Assembly: GCA_001784585.1 (NCBI GenBank)
Contig: MFRN01000035.1
Location: 42,925-106,924 of the forward strand
Direction: 5' to 3'
Length of the DNA stretch: 64,000 bases
Source: Candidatus Melainabacteria bacterium RIFCSPLOWO2_02_FULL_35_15
GTDB taxonomy: Bacteria > Cyanobacteriota > Vampirovibrionia > 2-02-FULL-35-15
Numbering within the stretch: the stretch's first letter is position 1; each line of letters starts with the position of its first letter. The position numbers and the translations under genes are program-made. This document shows positions 17,303-25,938 of this stretch, in pieces. Below the pieces are notes generated by a model. The model was not told where the DNA came from. It did no database searches and saw only the letters and a program-made list of their open reading frames with translations.

Positions 17303-17719
17303 ATGGCAAAATCAAATCCAATAAATATCAGATTAGAATTACCGGTCCTGAATGAAATAAAAAATCTGGCCAAAGCTCTGCACCTTCCTTTGAGTATGGT
17401 GCTTAATAGGCTTATTGCTGAAGCTCTTAGAATGTTTCAGTGCCCGGGTATTATTTTTACAAATAGTCCTTCCGGCAGAAGGAGAGCTACAGTAGCTGGT
17501 TCCGGGCTTGACGTATGGGAAATGATAAGTATTTGTAAAAGTTATAACAAAAATTATAAGAAAGTTCTTAAAGATTATCCTTTAACTGAAATACAATTAA
17601 ATGCAGCTTTGAATTATTATGAGCATTATAAAAATGAGATTGATCAGGAAGTAAAACAAAATGATGAAGCTGAAGAGTTTGCAAGTTCAAGTAAATTAGT
17701 TACTAAGTTCAGTATTTAA
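17303..17719 (+). CDS. DUF433-family protein (putative antitoxin) with an N-terminal RHH-like segment
   Basis: 138 aa. PGIIFTNSPSGRRRATVAGSGLDVWEMI...YPLTEIQLNAALNYY matches the DUF433 consensus. Confidence 0.6.
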   Translation: MAKSNPINIRLELPVLNEIKNLAKALHLPLSMVLNRLIAEALRMFQCPGIIFTNSPSGRRRATVAGSGLDVWEMISICKSYNKNYKKVLKDYPLTEIQLNAALNYYEHYKNEIDQEVKQNDEAEEFASSSKLVTKFSI

Positions 17720-17721
17720 TC

Positions 17722-18075
17722 ATGAAGCTCTACCTTGACGAAAACATTTCACCACTTGTTGCTAAAAAACTTAGAGAAAAAGGATTTGATGTAATATCAG
17801 TGCACGAAAACAATACCCGGTCAAAAAGTGATATTGAACAGTTTGAACTTGCCATAAGAGAAAAAAGGGCCATAGTTACATATGATGTTATAGATTTTAC
17901 AGACTTAGCAAAAGGATATATTGCAAAGGTAAAACCGCATTCCGGGATAATTTTAGTAAGTAATAAAACCATTCCGCAGGGAAATTCGAAAAAACTTGCC
18001 GTTTCACTGGAAAAATTATTACACCATAAAGAAAAAGATTTTTTAGAGAACAGAATTGTGTATTTAACAAAATAA
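17722..18075 (+). CDS. DUF5615-family protein (Mut7-C/PIN-like putative toxin) paired with DUF433
   Basis: 117 aa. The N-terminus MKLYLDENISPLVAKKLREKGFDVISV matches DUF5615. The gene starts 3 bp after the DUF433 stop. Confidence 0.6.
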   Translation: MKLYLDENISPLVAKKLREKGFDVISVHENNTRSKSDIEQFELAIREKRAIVTYDVIDFTDLAKGYIAKVKPHSGIILVSNKTIPQGNSKKLAVSLEKLLHHKEKDFLENRIVYLTK

Positions 18076-19356
18076 GGTGTTGTCAAGCAGCCACTTCCAG
18101 AGAGGAATAAAACTGATTTTTGTCTTTTTTACTGTAACTTTTTTTTCGGTATCCCAGGTAATAATAGAAAGGTTTTTGCAATTAAGTTCTTCGCTGGCTT
18201 CTAAGAGAGAATTAATTTCTCTTTTTTCAGTATAAGGATCTTTAACATCATATGAAACCTGAATTAACTCTTTGATTTTTATACCTTTTTTCAACACAAA
18301 ATCAACTTCTTTTTGGTTTCTTGTTTTGTAATAAAAGAGATTCATATTAAGTTTACAACCTCTGTTTAAAAGTTCTATGAAGATTAGATTTTCAATAAGC
18401 TTGCCATAATTTTTAGAAGACTGAAATGCCTTTGCTTCAATAAAACCATTGTCAATCAGATAAATTTTCTTTGAGGCATTTATCTGTTCTTTTACTTTGT
18501 TTGAATATCTGTTCAGAGTAAAAGAAATATATGCTTCGCTTAAATATGATAGATAATTTTGAGCAGTATGTGTACTGTTAAAACCAAGAATATTTTTCAG
18601 CTTTGTATAACTTAACTCCTGACAAAAGTTTGATGCAGTATAGACGGACAGATCATACATTTTTTGTGTAAATCTTACATTGTATCTTTTAACTATATCT
18701 TTCAATAAAATAGCTTCATATAAAGTGTTTAAATATTGTTTTGGTTCAAAGTTTTTCAGAGTAACTTCAGGAAATCCTCCATGCAGGTTGTATTCACTTA
18801 AATAATTTAATATTTCACCTTTAATTTCAGGCAAATTAAATTCCTTTTTTGCAACAGAAACCTTTTTTGCAGTTAAAAATTCTCTAAAGCTGAATGGAAA
18901 TATTTCAACTGAAATATATCTTCCGGTTAATGATGTAGATAATTCTTTACTTAGCAGCTTTGCATTTGATCCGGTAAGAACGAGATTATAGCCCCTTCTC
19001 TGCAGCTTGTTTACAAACAGCTCCCAGTTTTTCAGGTTCTGGATTTCATCAAAAAAAATATATTTAGTCTTTCCATAAACTTCAACAAGACTTTTAATAA
19101 TTTCATCTGTATCAGTTACATCTAAAAGTTTTTCATCGTCAAAATTCAAATATGCAAAATTTGCATCTTCAAGTAAAAGAAAAGAGAAAACGGATTTCCC
19201 TGCTCTTCTTGGTCCTGTAATAACTTTAATCAAATCTGAAGAAAGATTTTTTTTAAACCCGGTGATTTTTTCCCGTTTTATAAAATCCTTTAAGAGTGTT
19301 TGTTCTTTTTCTTTTTTTTGTTGAAGTATGATTTCTTGTAGCATAGTATACTGCAC
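18064..19356 (-). CDS. AAA+ superfamily ATPase with C-terminal DUF4143 (COG1373-like)
   Basis: 430 aa. Walker A ITGPRRAGKS and Walker B IFFDEIQ are present. The domain organisation is typical of the ATPase/DUF4143 family. Confidence 0.7.
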   Translation of the reverse strand: MQYTMLQEIILQQKKEKEQTLLKDFIKREKITGFKKNLSSDLIKVITGPRRAGKSVFSFLLLEDANFAYLNFDDEKLLDVTDTDEIIKSLVEVYGKTKYIFFDEIQNLKNWELFVNKLQRRGYNLVLTGSNAKLLSKELSTSLTGRYISVEIFPFSFREFLTAKKVSVAKKEFNLPEIKGEILNYLSEYNLHGGFPEVTLKNFEPKQYLNTLYEAILLKDIVKRYNVRFTQKMYDLSVYTASNFCQELSYTKLKNILGFNSTHTAQNYLSYLSEAYISFTLNRYSNKVKEQINASKKIYLIDNGFIEAKAFQSSKNYGKLIENLIFIELLNRGCKLNMNLFYYKTRNQKEVDFVLKKGIKIKELIQVSYDVKDPYTEKREINSLLEASEELNCKNLSIITWDTEKKVTVKKTKISFIPLWKWLLDNTLFC

Positions 19357-19539
19357 AAAAATTGCCTTTTTTGTGCAGTATGATTAATTTAATGTATAAA
19401 AAGGAATAAGTCAAGCCAGGCTGGCTAAATTGTATAGTATAGTACTTTTACGAGTTGTTTAGGATGAATTTATGGGTCAGAATCCTCCACTACATCAAAA
19501 GGTTTAGATATACAGGGTTATCCCTGATTATATCATCAC

Positions 19540-19572
19540 TCAAAACAAAAACCCCTCTTTTTAGGAGGGGCT
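19540..19572 (-). terminator. Rho-independent terminator of the 19604..20179 gene
   Basis: On the minus strand the hairpin CCCCTC(C)-loop-GGAGGGG is followed by TTTTTGTTTTG. Confidence 0.6.
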
Positions 19573-19603
19573 TTTGCAAGGAGGAGGATGAGGAGTTTAT
19601 GTT

Positions 19604-20179
19604 TTAAACATTAACTCTCACGCCGTCAAGGAACCTGTGAAACTTATTTAGAAGTTCCAGAATCACTTCTTTATGACCATGAGTGCTGACTTCGCCATCC
19701 GGGTGTAGCCAGACAAGACCTTCTTTTATCTCATTATTTTCTGGAATCCATGCCTGAAAAATAATTCCGCCAATTTGTTTTTGATCTATGGAGTAAATAG
19801 ATCCTTCTTTCCCCATAACAGTGCTTATCCTGTTACCGTTTGGTCTTAGTTCTACAAAATGTTTTAAGTAACCTTCCTGATTATAAAAATAAATTATTTC
19901 TGTCTTGTCTTCCCTTACTTCGTGGCTTGATGGTAAACCGGTACTATCCTTTGAAATATGATAAAGTTTTGTACCGTTTGCTCTTTCTTCAATTGCTAAA
20001 CTCCTGCCTTCTTCATCTTTTGTAAAAACAATCTTTGTTCCCTCAGCAGTAGTCTTTATCTCGATTTTATTACCTTCCGGATCGCTTATATAAACTGACT
20101 CGCCGCTAAGATGCCTTAACTGAACCAATGCCGGCACTATTTCTGTTAATTCATTGGTATTTTTGCTTAATTCTATCAT
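19604..20179 (-). CDS. Hypothetical protein
   Basis: 191-aa ORF with its own terminator. No recognisable motif. Confidence 0.5.
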   Translation of the reverse strand: MIELSKNTNELTEIVPALVQLRHLSGESVYISDPEGNKIEIKTTAEGTKIVFTKDEEGRSLAIEERANGTKLYHISKDSTGLPSSHEVREDKTEIIYFYNQEGYLKHFVELRPNGNRISTVMGKEGSIYSIDQKQIGGIIFQAWIPENNEIKEGLVWLHPDGEVSTHGHKEVILELLNKFHRFLDGVRVNV

Positions 20180-20286
20180 TTATTTTTCCCCGTTTCTTCC
20201 TTCACTAAATATAAAGATCAAGTCAGGGTAATTTTGATAGTAAATAAAGCTAAGTTTTTTAAATAATACTTTTAACCAGTTCTTAA

Positions 20287-20317
20287 TGTTGCCAACATTA
20301 AAAAAAATTTATCTTTC
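20287..20317. repeat. 31-bp direct repeat, copy 1, flanking ORF6N cassette 1
   Basis: tgttgccaacattaaaaaaaatttatctttc is identical to 20926-20956. It contains the palindrome AATGTTG-c-CAACATT. Confidence 0.85.
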
Positions 20318-20324
20318 GATCAAT

Positions 20325-20831
20325 TTAAAAACCAATTCTTTTTCTTGATTTTACTTCAGGTTCTGTCAAACGTTTTATTGCCTCAAATACTATTTGAAAT
20401 TGGTTATCGTATTTTTTCTCTATCTCTTCAATCTTTTTTCTTAGGTCTTTATTACTTTCAATCATTTCCCGAAGCTTTGTGAAGGTTCTCATTATCTGAA
20501 TATTTACATTAATAGCCATTTCGCTGTTTAAAACAGTTGAGAGCATAGCAACACCCTGCTCGGTGAAAGCATATGGTAATGAAGTGGAATGTTTTAGTCT
20601 CTTGAACCGATCACAATTTGTGATCAGTTCATCCCTTTCATGTATAGTAAGCTGAAACATGAAATCTTCAGGGAAACGCTTAATATTTCTTTTAACTGAT
20701 TGATTTAAAGTTCTGGTTTCAACTTCATATAGGTTTGCCAGATCTACATCGATCATGACTTTTTTACCTCGTATTAAGAGAATCCTTTTTTCAATTTTTT
20801 CAACTGGTATTAAAGTTGTATTCATATTCAA
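20325..20831 (-). CDS. ORF6N-domain protein (phage/mobile-element-associated DNA-binding family)
   Basis: 168 aa. The VMIDVDLANLYEVETRTLNQSVKRNIKRFPEDFMFQLT and YAFTEQGVAMLS motifs are present. It is paralogous to 62474..63010. Confidence 0.7.
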   Translation of the reverse strand: MNMNTTLIPVEKIEKRILLIRGKKVMIDVDLANLYEVETRTLNQSVKRNIKRFPEDFMFQLTIHERDELITNCDRFKRLKHSTSLPYAFTEQGVAMLSTVLNSEMAINVNIQIMRTFTKLREMIESNKDLRKKIEEIEKKYDNQFQIVFEAIKRLTEPEVKSRKRIGF

Positions 20832-20908
20832 TTACTGATGCCTCTCTAGAGATAGCCACAATTTGTAACCAGTCCATTTTAGTCATAGTTAGATATTTAT
20901 GCAACTTT

Positions 20909-20923
20909 GTAACCCACGGTTAC
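20909..20923. promoter_or_regulatory. Palindromic putative operator GTAACC-CAC-GGTTAC upstream of the ORF6N gene. Imperfect copies lie at 20960-20974 and 20990-21004, and a half-site at 20865-20870.
   Basis: Perfect inverted hexamers GTAACC/GGTTAC separated by 3 nt. The same motif occurs upstream of the second ORF6N paralog at 63030-63044. Confidence 0.5.
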
Positions 20924-20925
20924 AT

Positions 20926-20956
20926 TGTTGCCAACATTAAAAAAAATTTATCTTTC
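20926..20956. repeat. 31-bp direct repeat, copy 2, flanking ORF6N cassette 1
   Basis: Identical to 20287-20317. Confidence 0.85.
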
Positions 20957-21085
20957 AATGTAACCTGCGGTATCAAAAGTATAACGAATGTAACTCTGGG
21001 TATCATATTACGAATTGCGAAAAGATCAAACATTCAGTAAATTATTTATTCACTTACGAGACAGTCCCCTGAAAGAAAAACCAAA

Positions 21086-22732
21086 ATGCAAAGCAATCTC
21101 ATTCGACTCGCAATACTCCTTGCCATGATACTTACAGTCACGACTCCTGTTGACTGTCATTCCAAAGATATATGGCGGTTTCTGTATCAGCCTCGTCAGC
21201 GGGTTGTAAAAACAATTGGCATATATAAAGATCAGATTTTCACTGGTACAGGAAATGGAGTTTTAGTCAGTAATGATAAAGGAAAAACATGGAATGATTT
21301 TGGTACAAATCAACTTTTAAAAGACAGCAGCGGTCTTTCATCTGTAAACTGGATTTATATTGACGGAGAAAATAAAAAGATTTATATTACTACAAATTTC
21401 GGTGCTTACTATTCTGATATAGCTAAGCCGGACTGGCACAGGTTCTTTGAAAATGTAAAAACTGAATCAAATGAAGTCAATTCTTTAACCGTAGATAAAA
21501 ATGAGGTCTACCTGAGTACTAATGACGGCTTTTGGATTTGTAACTTAAACCTTGGGAGCTGTGAAAGATTAAATCAGGGATTGGATCCCGATAATATTTC
21601 AGGAAACTTTCAGATTCTTTACGCATTAAAAATTAGTAATGAGTTGTATTTGGCAGCTTCAAACGGAATTTATAAACTTGATCACAGTAGAGCATCCTGG
21701 CACAATCTTTCGGAAGGAATCTACAGACTCCCTGACGGGAAAATAAATGCCAGGCATTTGCTTCTAAATAAAGGAAATATTTGGGCTGCATGCGGAACAG
21801 GTATTTATAAAAGTACAGATGGCGGGGAATTATGGAAAAATGTATCAGACGGAATCGGAAAAAATTCCGAAGGGTTTCAGGGAGCATTTTATCTTTTTCA
21901 ATCCGGAGATACTTTGTATTCTGCAACTGAAAATGGAATCTATTTTTATAGTGCAGAAAATGATTCATGGAATAATTTAACTTCTGGTATTAGAACGAAA
22001 GAAAATTCAAAAAATGTTTACTGGTTAGCACAGGTTGATAGTGATTTATATGCTGCTACTGATGAAGGCTTATTTGTTTTACAGGAACCAAAACAAGAAG
22101 AGCAAAATAGTAAATTAATCCTGAAAGGAAAAGTAGAAACTGATTTTGCAAACCTGGGAGAGCTGGAACCTGGTGTTATTGAAGTGCAAAAACAAGCATT
22201 AAAGTTTGCATCGTTACCTACAAATAATGATTATAAAAGATACAGACTGCAGGCAAGATTAAGAAATATTGTTCCAAGGCTTGGTGTAGATTTAAATACC
22301 ACAGGGACAAGTACAAATTATTATCAGATTGATAAAGGAATTTCAGCCAAGTCCTCGCTTAGTAATGATTTTAATGCAGATAAAACAAACAGATACCAGT
22401 ATGACGGAAGGGCATTTAAGCAGCTTTCAGTCCTGTGGAATACCAATCAGCTTTTTTATGATGATGAAATTAAAGATATATTGAGTCAGGCCAGATTAAC
22501 AGCAAATCTAAAAGAAAATCTTTTAGATGATGTAACCAGAATTTATTTTCAAAGAAGAAGACTGCAGCTGGAAAATTTAGTTTCTCCACCGAAAGATCAG
22601 ATAAGCAAGCTGTCTGCAGATCTTCAAATAGCTGAATTTACCGGTCAGCTTGACTCCAGGACAGGCGGCTGGTTTACAAAAGAAACTGAAAGAAGGAAAA
22701 GGCTGCAGGTAAATAATGCAAAATCACAATAA
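21086..22732 (+). CDS. Secreted beta-propeller protein with BNR/Asp-box-like repeats and a C-terminal coiled region
   Basis: 548 aa with a signal peptide MQSNLIRLAILLAMILTVTTPV. It carries repeated S/T-x-D-x-G-x-T/S-W motifs (SNDKGKTWND, STDGGELWKN, AENDSWNN, DHSRASWHN). Confidence 0.65.
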   Translation: MQSNLIRLAILLAMILTVTTPVDCHSKDIWRFLYQPRQRVVKTIGIYKDQIFTGTGNGVLVSNDKGKTWNDFGTNQLLKDSSGLSSVNWIYIDGENKKIYITTNFGAYYSDIAKPDWHRFFENVKTESNEVNSLTVDKNEVYLSTNDGFWICNLNLGSCERLNQGLDPDNISGNFQILYALKISNELYLAASNGIYKLDHSRASWHNLSEGIYRLPDGKINARHLLLNKGNIWAACGTGIYKSTDGGELWKNVSDGIGKNSEGFQGAFYLFQSGDTLYSATENGIYFYSAENDSWNNLTSGIRTKENSKNVYWLAQVDSDLYAATDEGLFVLQEPKQEEQNSKLILKGKVETDFANLGELEPGVIEVQKQALKFASLPTNNDYKRYRLQARLRNIVPRLGVDLNTTGTSTNYYQIDKGISAKSSLSNDFNADKTNRYQYDGRAFKQLSVLWNTNQLFYDDEIKDILSQARLTANLKENLLDDVTRIYFQRRRLQLENLVSPPKDQISKLSADLQIAEFTGQLDSRTGGWFTKETERRKRLQVNNAKSQ

Positions 22733-25133
22733 AATTATTTTTGTATTCCTTCTTTTGGTAGTAAGTTTTTTATTTTTGAAGGCACTGGCTTTTGTTATTC
22801 CCGATTTTGAAATTATTGGTAAAGATCCTGAAATTACAGAGATAGAAACAAATTTTCTGATCCCCGGGCAGAAGGTGAAAATTTACGGTAAAAACTTTTT
22901 TGAGACACCAAGATCTGCAAATAAAATCTGGATTAACAGTTATCCGGTCAGAGTTTTAAAAAGCGAAAAGAATTTTTTAGAAGTAATTGTTCCTAAGATT
23001 CCTCTCGGTAAGGGGAGGATAAGATTATATACAAATTATTTAGGATATAAAAGTAAAGAAACGTTTTACCCAAACGATAAAAGTAAATTAATAACAGTTA
23101 CATTTAATGGACCGGTACTTCAAAATACAGATACTGTTTCTGTAATCCCGGGCAGACGATTACTGATTTACGGAAAGTTTAATAAGAATAATCTGCTGTT
23201 TTGTAAAATTAATAATTATGAAATAAAATCAAAACCAGTCTCAGATGAAATTGTTGAGCTGTATCTGCCGGATTTATTACCACCGGGTCCATTTAGAATA
23301 AATTCTTTTTACAGGAAATATATTAAAGGCAGGGAATATATTGACTCTGCCCCTGGTAATAATTTGATTTTATTTAATGCGGAGAATGGCTTGCCGAACC
23401 GGATAAAAATAGTCTTACCGGAAAATAAACTTGATTCTGCCAATAAAGAATATCCTTACAGAGTTGAGTTAAGCTTTAGTAACTTTTTACAAACAGTCGA
23501 TATTACAAATTTTTCTAAGGTTGAATTAGCTTCCGGAGATGCATTTGATCTTGATACAGGAAAAAATATCCTGAGGCTTAAAAATACCGGATATGCTAAG
23601 TTAAAAGCTTCTTTTATATGGGTACCGGAAAATCTGCTCTTTAGTGATGAGATTACCGTTGTCTCTGAACTTCCCGGAAAACCTGATTTTGCAGAAGTTA
23701 TAATAAATGAGATTTTCCCGTTTCCCTCAGGTATTATTCCTGCTACTGATGCCAATATGAACGGTTTTGCAAGATCTGATGAAGATGAGTTTATTGAACT
23801 TAAAAATATTGCAAAGGAAAGATTCAATATTTCAGGATGTAGATTATTTACCGGAGAAAATAAAACAGCCTGTTATGAATTTTCTGAAAATACGGTTATT
23901 GAACCAGATAAATATTTGGTTGTTTTCGGAGAGCAGGCAAAGAATAAAAACCTGAATTTGATCAATACAGGAACTACTGTCGAATTTGTATGTGATGAGA
24001 TGACAATTGATTATACAGGCTACTCTCCGGGTAAAAGCGGTGATCCTTCCTGGCAAAGAAAAAGTGACTTAAGTGGTTTTGAAAAACATCCTGTTAGTTT
24101 GTTTTCTCCCGGAGGTCCACCGGCAAATTTAAATCAAAACACAACAGTACAAAATACTCCTGCACCTGCACCAGTCTTAATTACTGATTCAGTCAGTGAA
24201 TCTGTTCCGTTAACACTAAGAGAAATTTCAGTGTTACCTGTTGAATTGTTGTTTCAGGATCAAACTCCACAGCAGCTTTATGTAACCGGTGTGTATACAA
24301 ATGGAGAAAATAAAGAAATTACAAGTGAATCTGTTTACAAAATAACAGGTGGAGACAATGTAATTAAAGTTAATTCAGGCGGTCTTGTCTCCCCGTTTTC
24401 AAATGGTAGCGCCACAATAGAGATTGCATATCAGGATAAAACCATTGAAGTAATAGCAAATGTAAATCTTCTCAGCAAAGTTCAGCCTAAACAGCTGGTT
24501 ATAAATGAAGTGCTTGCAGCACCTACAGTTGATGTAAATAAGGATGGTATTTTTAAAAGCGATCAGGATGAATTTATTGAAGTGGTTAATATTTCCGGCG
24601 CAGCGTCAGATATAAGCGGATTACTTATTTCAGACAATACAAAGATTAGGCATACTGTACCTCCTGGTACTATTCTCCAAAACCTTGAATCTGTTGTAAT
24701 TTTTGGCGGAGGAAGTACAAATACTTTTTCTGATGTGCTTAAATCCCAGACTGCAAATACCGGAAGCCTGGGTTTAAACAATAGCGGAGCTGAGCAGGTT
24801 ACAGTTTCTACCAGTGACAATAAAATTATTGATCAGGTTTTATTTGATAACAATAATCTTCAGGGGGTTTCGCTAAATAGAACCGGTGATTTAAGTTTTA
24901 ATTTACTTAATCCACACGATAAGTTTTTAAAAGCTGTTGGCAAATATTCCCCGGGAATGAGAATTGACGGAACTTCTTTTACCTTATCTCCACAAGAAGG
25001 AGCAGATCTTTTAAAAGGTTCTTCATCTTCATCAAGCAGCTCATCATCGGGCAGTAGTTCTTCCAGCAGCAGTTCTTCCAGCAGCAGTTCTTCTGGTTCT
25101 GCTACATCATCTTCTTCCAGCAGCGGATTTTAA
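22716..25133 (+). CDS. Secreted/membrane-anchored protein with two lamin-tail domains (LTD), a Big_2-like Ig domain and a C-terminal poly-serine tail
   Basis: 805 aa with an N-terminal hydrophobic segment. LTD signatures IINEIFPFPSG...DEDEFIELKNI...ISGCRL and VINEVLAAPTVDVNKDG...DQDEFIEVVNISG...ISGLLISDN are present. The C-terminal ~50 residues are almost entirely Ser. It overlaps the upstream gene by 17 bp. Confidence 0.65.
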   Translation: MQNHNKIIFVFLLLVVSFLFLKALAFVIPDFEIIGKDPEITEIETNFLIPGQKVKIYGKNFFETPRSANKIWINSYPVRVLKSEKNFLEVIVPKIPLGKGRIRLYTNYLGYKSKETFYPNDKSKLITVTFNGPVLQNTDTVSVIPGRRLLIYGKFNKNNLLFCKINNYEIKSKPVSDEIVELYLPDLLPPGPFRINSFYRKYIKGREYIDSAPGNNLILFNAENGLPNRIKIVLPENKLDSANKEYPYRVELSFSNFLQTVDITNFSKVELASGDAFDLDTGKNILRLKNTGYAKLKASFIWVPENLLFSDEITVVSELPGKPDFAEVIINEIFPFPSGIIPATDANMNGFARSDEDEFIELKNIAKERFNISGCRLFTGENKTACYEFSENTVIEPDKYLVVFGEQAKNKNLNLINTGTTVEFVCDEMTIDYTGYSPGKSGDPSWQRKSDLSGFEKHPVSLFSPGGPPANLNQNTTVQNTPAPAPVLITDSVSESVPLTLREISVLPVELLFQDQTPQQLYVTGVYTNGENKEITSESVYKITGGDNVIKVNSGGLVSPFSNGSATIEIAYQDKTIEVIANVNLLSKVQPKQLVINEVLAAPTVDVNKDGIFKSDQDEFIEVVNISGAASDISGLLISDNTKIRHTVPPGTILQNLESVVIFGGGSTNTFSDVLKSQTANTGSLGLNNSGAEQVTVSTSDNKIIDQVLFDNNNLQGVSLNRTGDLSFNLLNPHDKFLKAVGKYSPGMRIDGTSFTLSPQEGADLLKGSSSSSSSSSSGSSSSSSSSSSSSSSGSATSSSSSSGF

Positions 25134-25322
25134 TTAATGAAGGTAATCCGGTTAGTCTAGTACAAATAGTTGATTTAAGTAGTAAACAGTACAAGCCCTG
25201 AATTGTTCAGGTTTACTTCTATATTTTTTTTGATTGAGTTTACCGAACATTGAATTAGGTCATCCTGGGATTTTTATCCCAGGAATAAATACCTAAGAAA
25301 CAGCAAAAACAAGGAGTATCTC

Positions 25323-25937
25323 ATGTTATATTACAGACCTTTACTTTTAATAGCACTTTTTCTTTTATTTAATATTAAACCCTCATTAGCAATGGTAAGT
25401 GATGCTTATCCTTTACCAGTACCAGTTTGTGGAGATGGAATTATAATTACTCCGGATGAAGGATGTGATGATGTAAACACTGTGTCTGGAGACGGTTGTT
25501 CAGAGACCTGCCAGGTTGAAACTTCTGCTCCGGTTTGTCCTAATGGAATAGTAGAATCAGATGAACAGTGCGATGATAATAATAATACTGAAGAAGACGG
25601 TTGTTCATCACTCTGTATCAGTGAAGTATGCGGTGATGGCACTCTTCAAAGTAGCCTCGGTGAAGAATGTGATGATGGAAATACTGTAAATGGAGATACA
25701 TGTACTTCTTTGTGTATAACTGATACAGACGGAGATGGAGCAGGCGATGTGGTTGATAACTGTCAAGGCGTTTCGAACCCGGATCAAGCAGATACAGATG
25801 GTGATAGTTTAGGTGATGCTTGTGATACTCCTCTGGTATCTGAATGTGGAAATAACCAGTTAGAACAACCAGAAGAATGTGATGATGGAAATCTTACAGA
25901 TGGTGATGGCTGCTCTTCAGCATGCCAGTGGGAATAA
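25323..25937 (+). CDS. Secreted cysteine-rich repeat protein (CxxDDGNxxxGDGCSxxC-type repeats) with thrombospondin type 3-like Ca-binding repeats
   Basis: 204 aa with a signal peptide. There are 4 copies of the C..GDG....E.CDDGN...GD.C...C unit. A D-rich DTDGDGAGDVVDNCQGVSNPDQADTDGDSLGDACD segment is present. Confidence 0.65.
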   Translation: MLYYRPLLLIALFLLFNIKPSLAMVSDAYPLPVPVCGDGIIITPDEGCDDVNTVSGDGCSETCQVETSAPVCPNGIVESDEQCDDNNNTEEDGCSSLCISEVCGDGTLQSSLGEECDDGNTVNGDTCTSLCITDTDGDGAGDVVDNCQGVSNPDQADTDGDSLGDACDTPLVSECGNNQLEQPEECDDGNLTDGDGCSSACQWE

Positions 25938-25938
25938 C

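Noticed and set aside
20816-21040. 74-aa plus-strand ORF overlapping the ORF6N upstream region
   Set aside because: It sits on the palindrome/direct-repeat-rich regulatory region of cassette 1. It has no RBS and very AT-rich codon content. It is most likely spurious.
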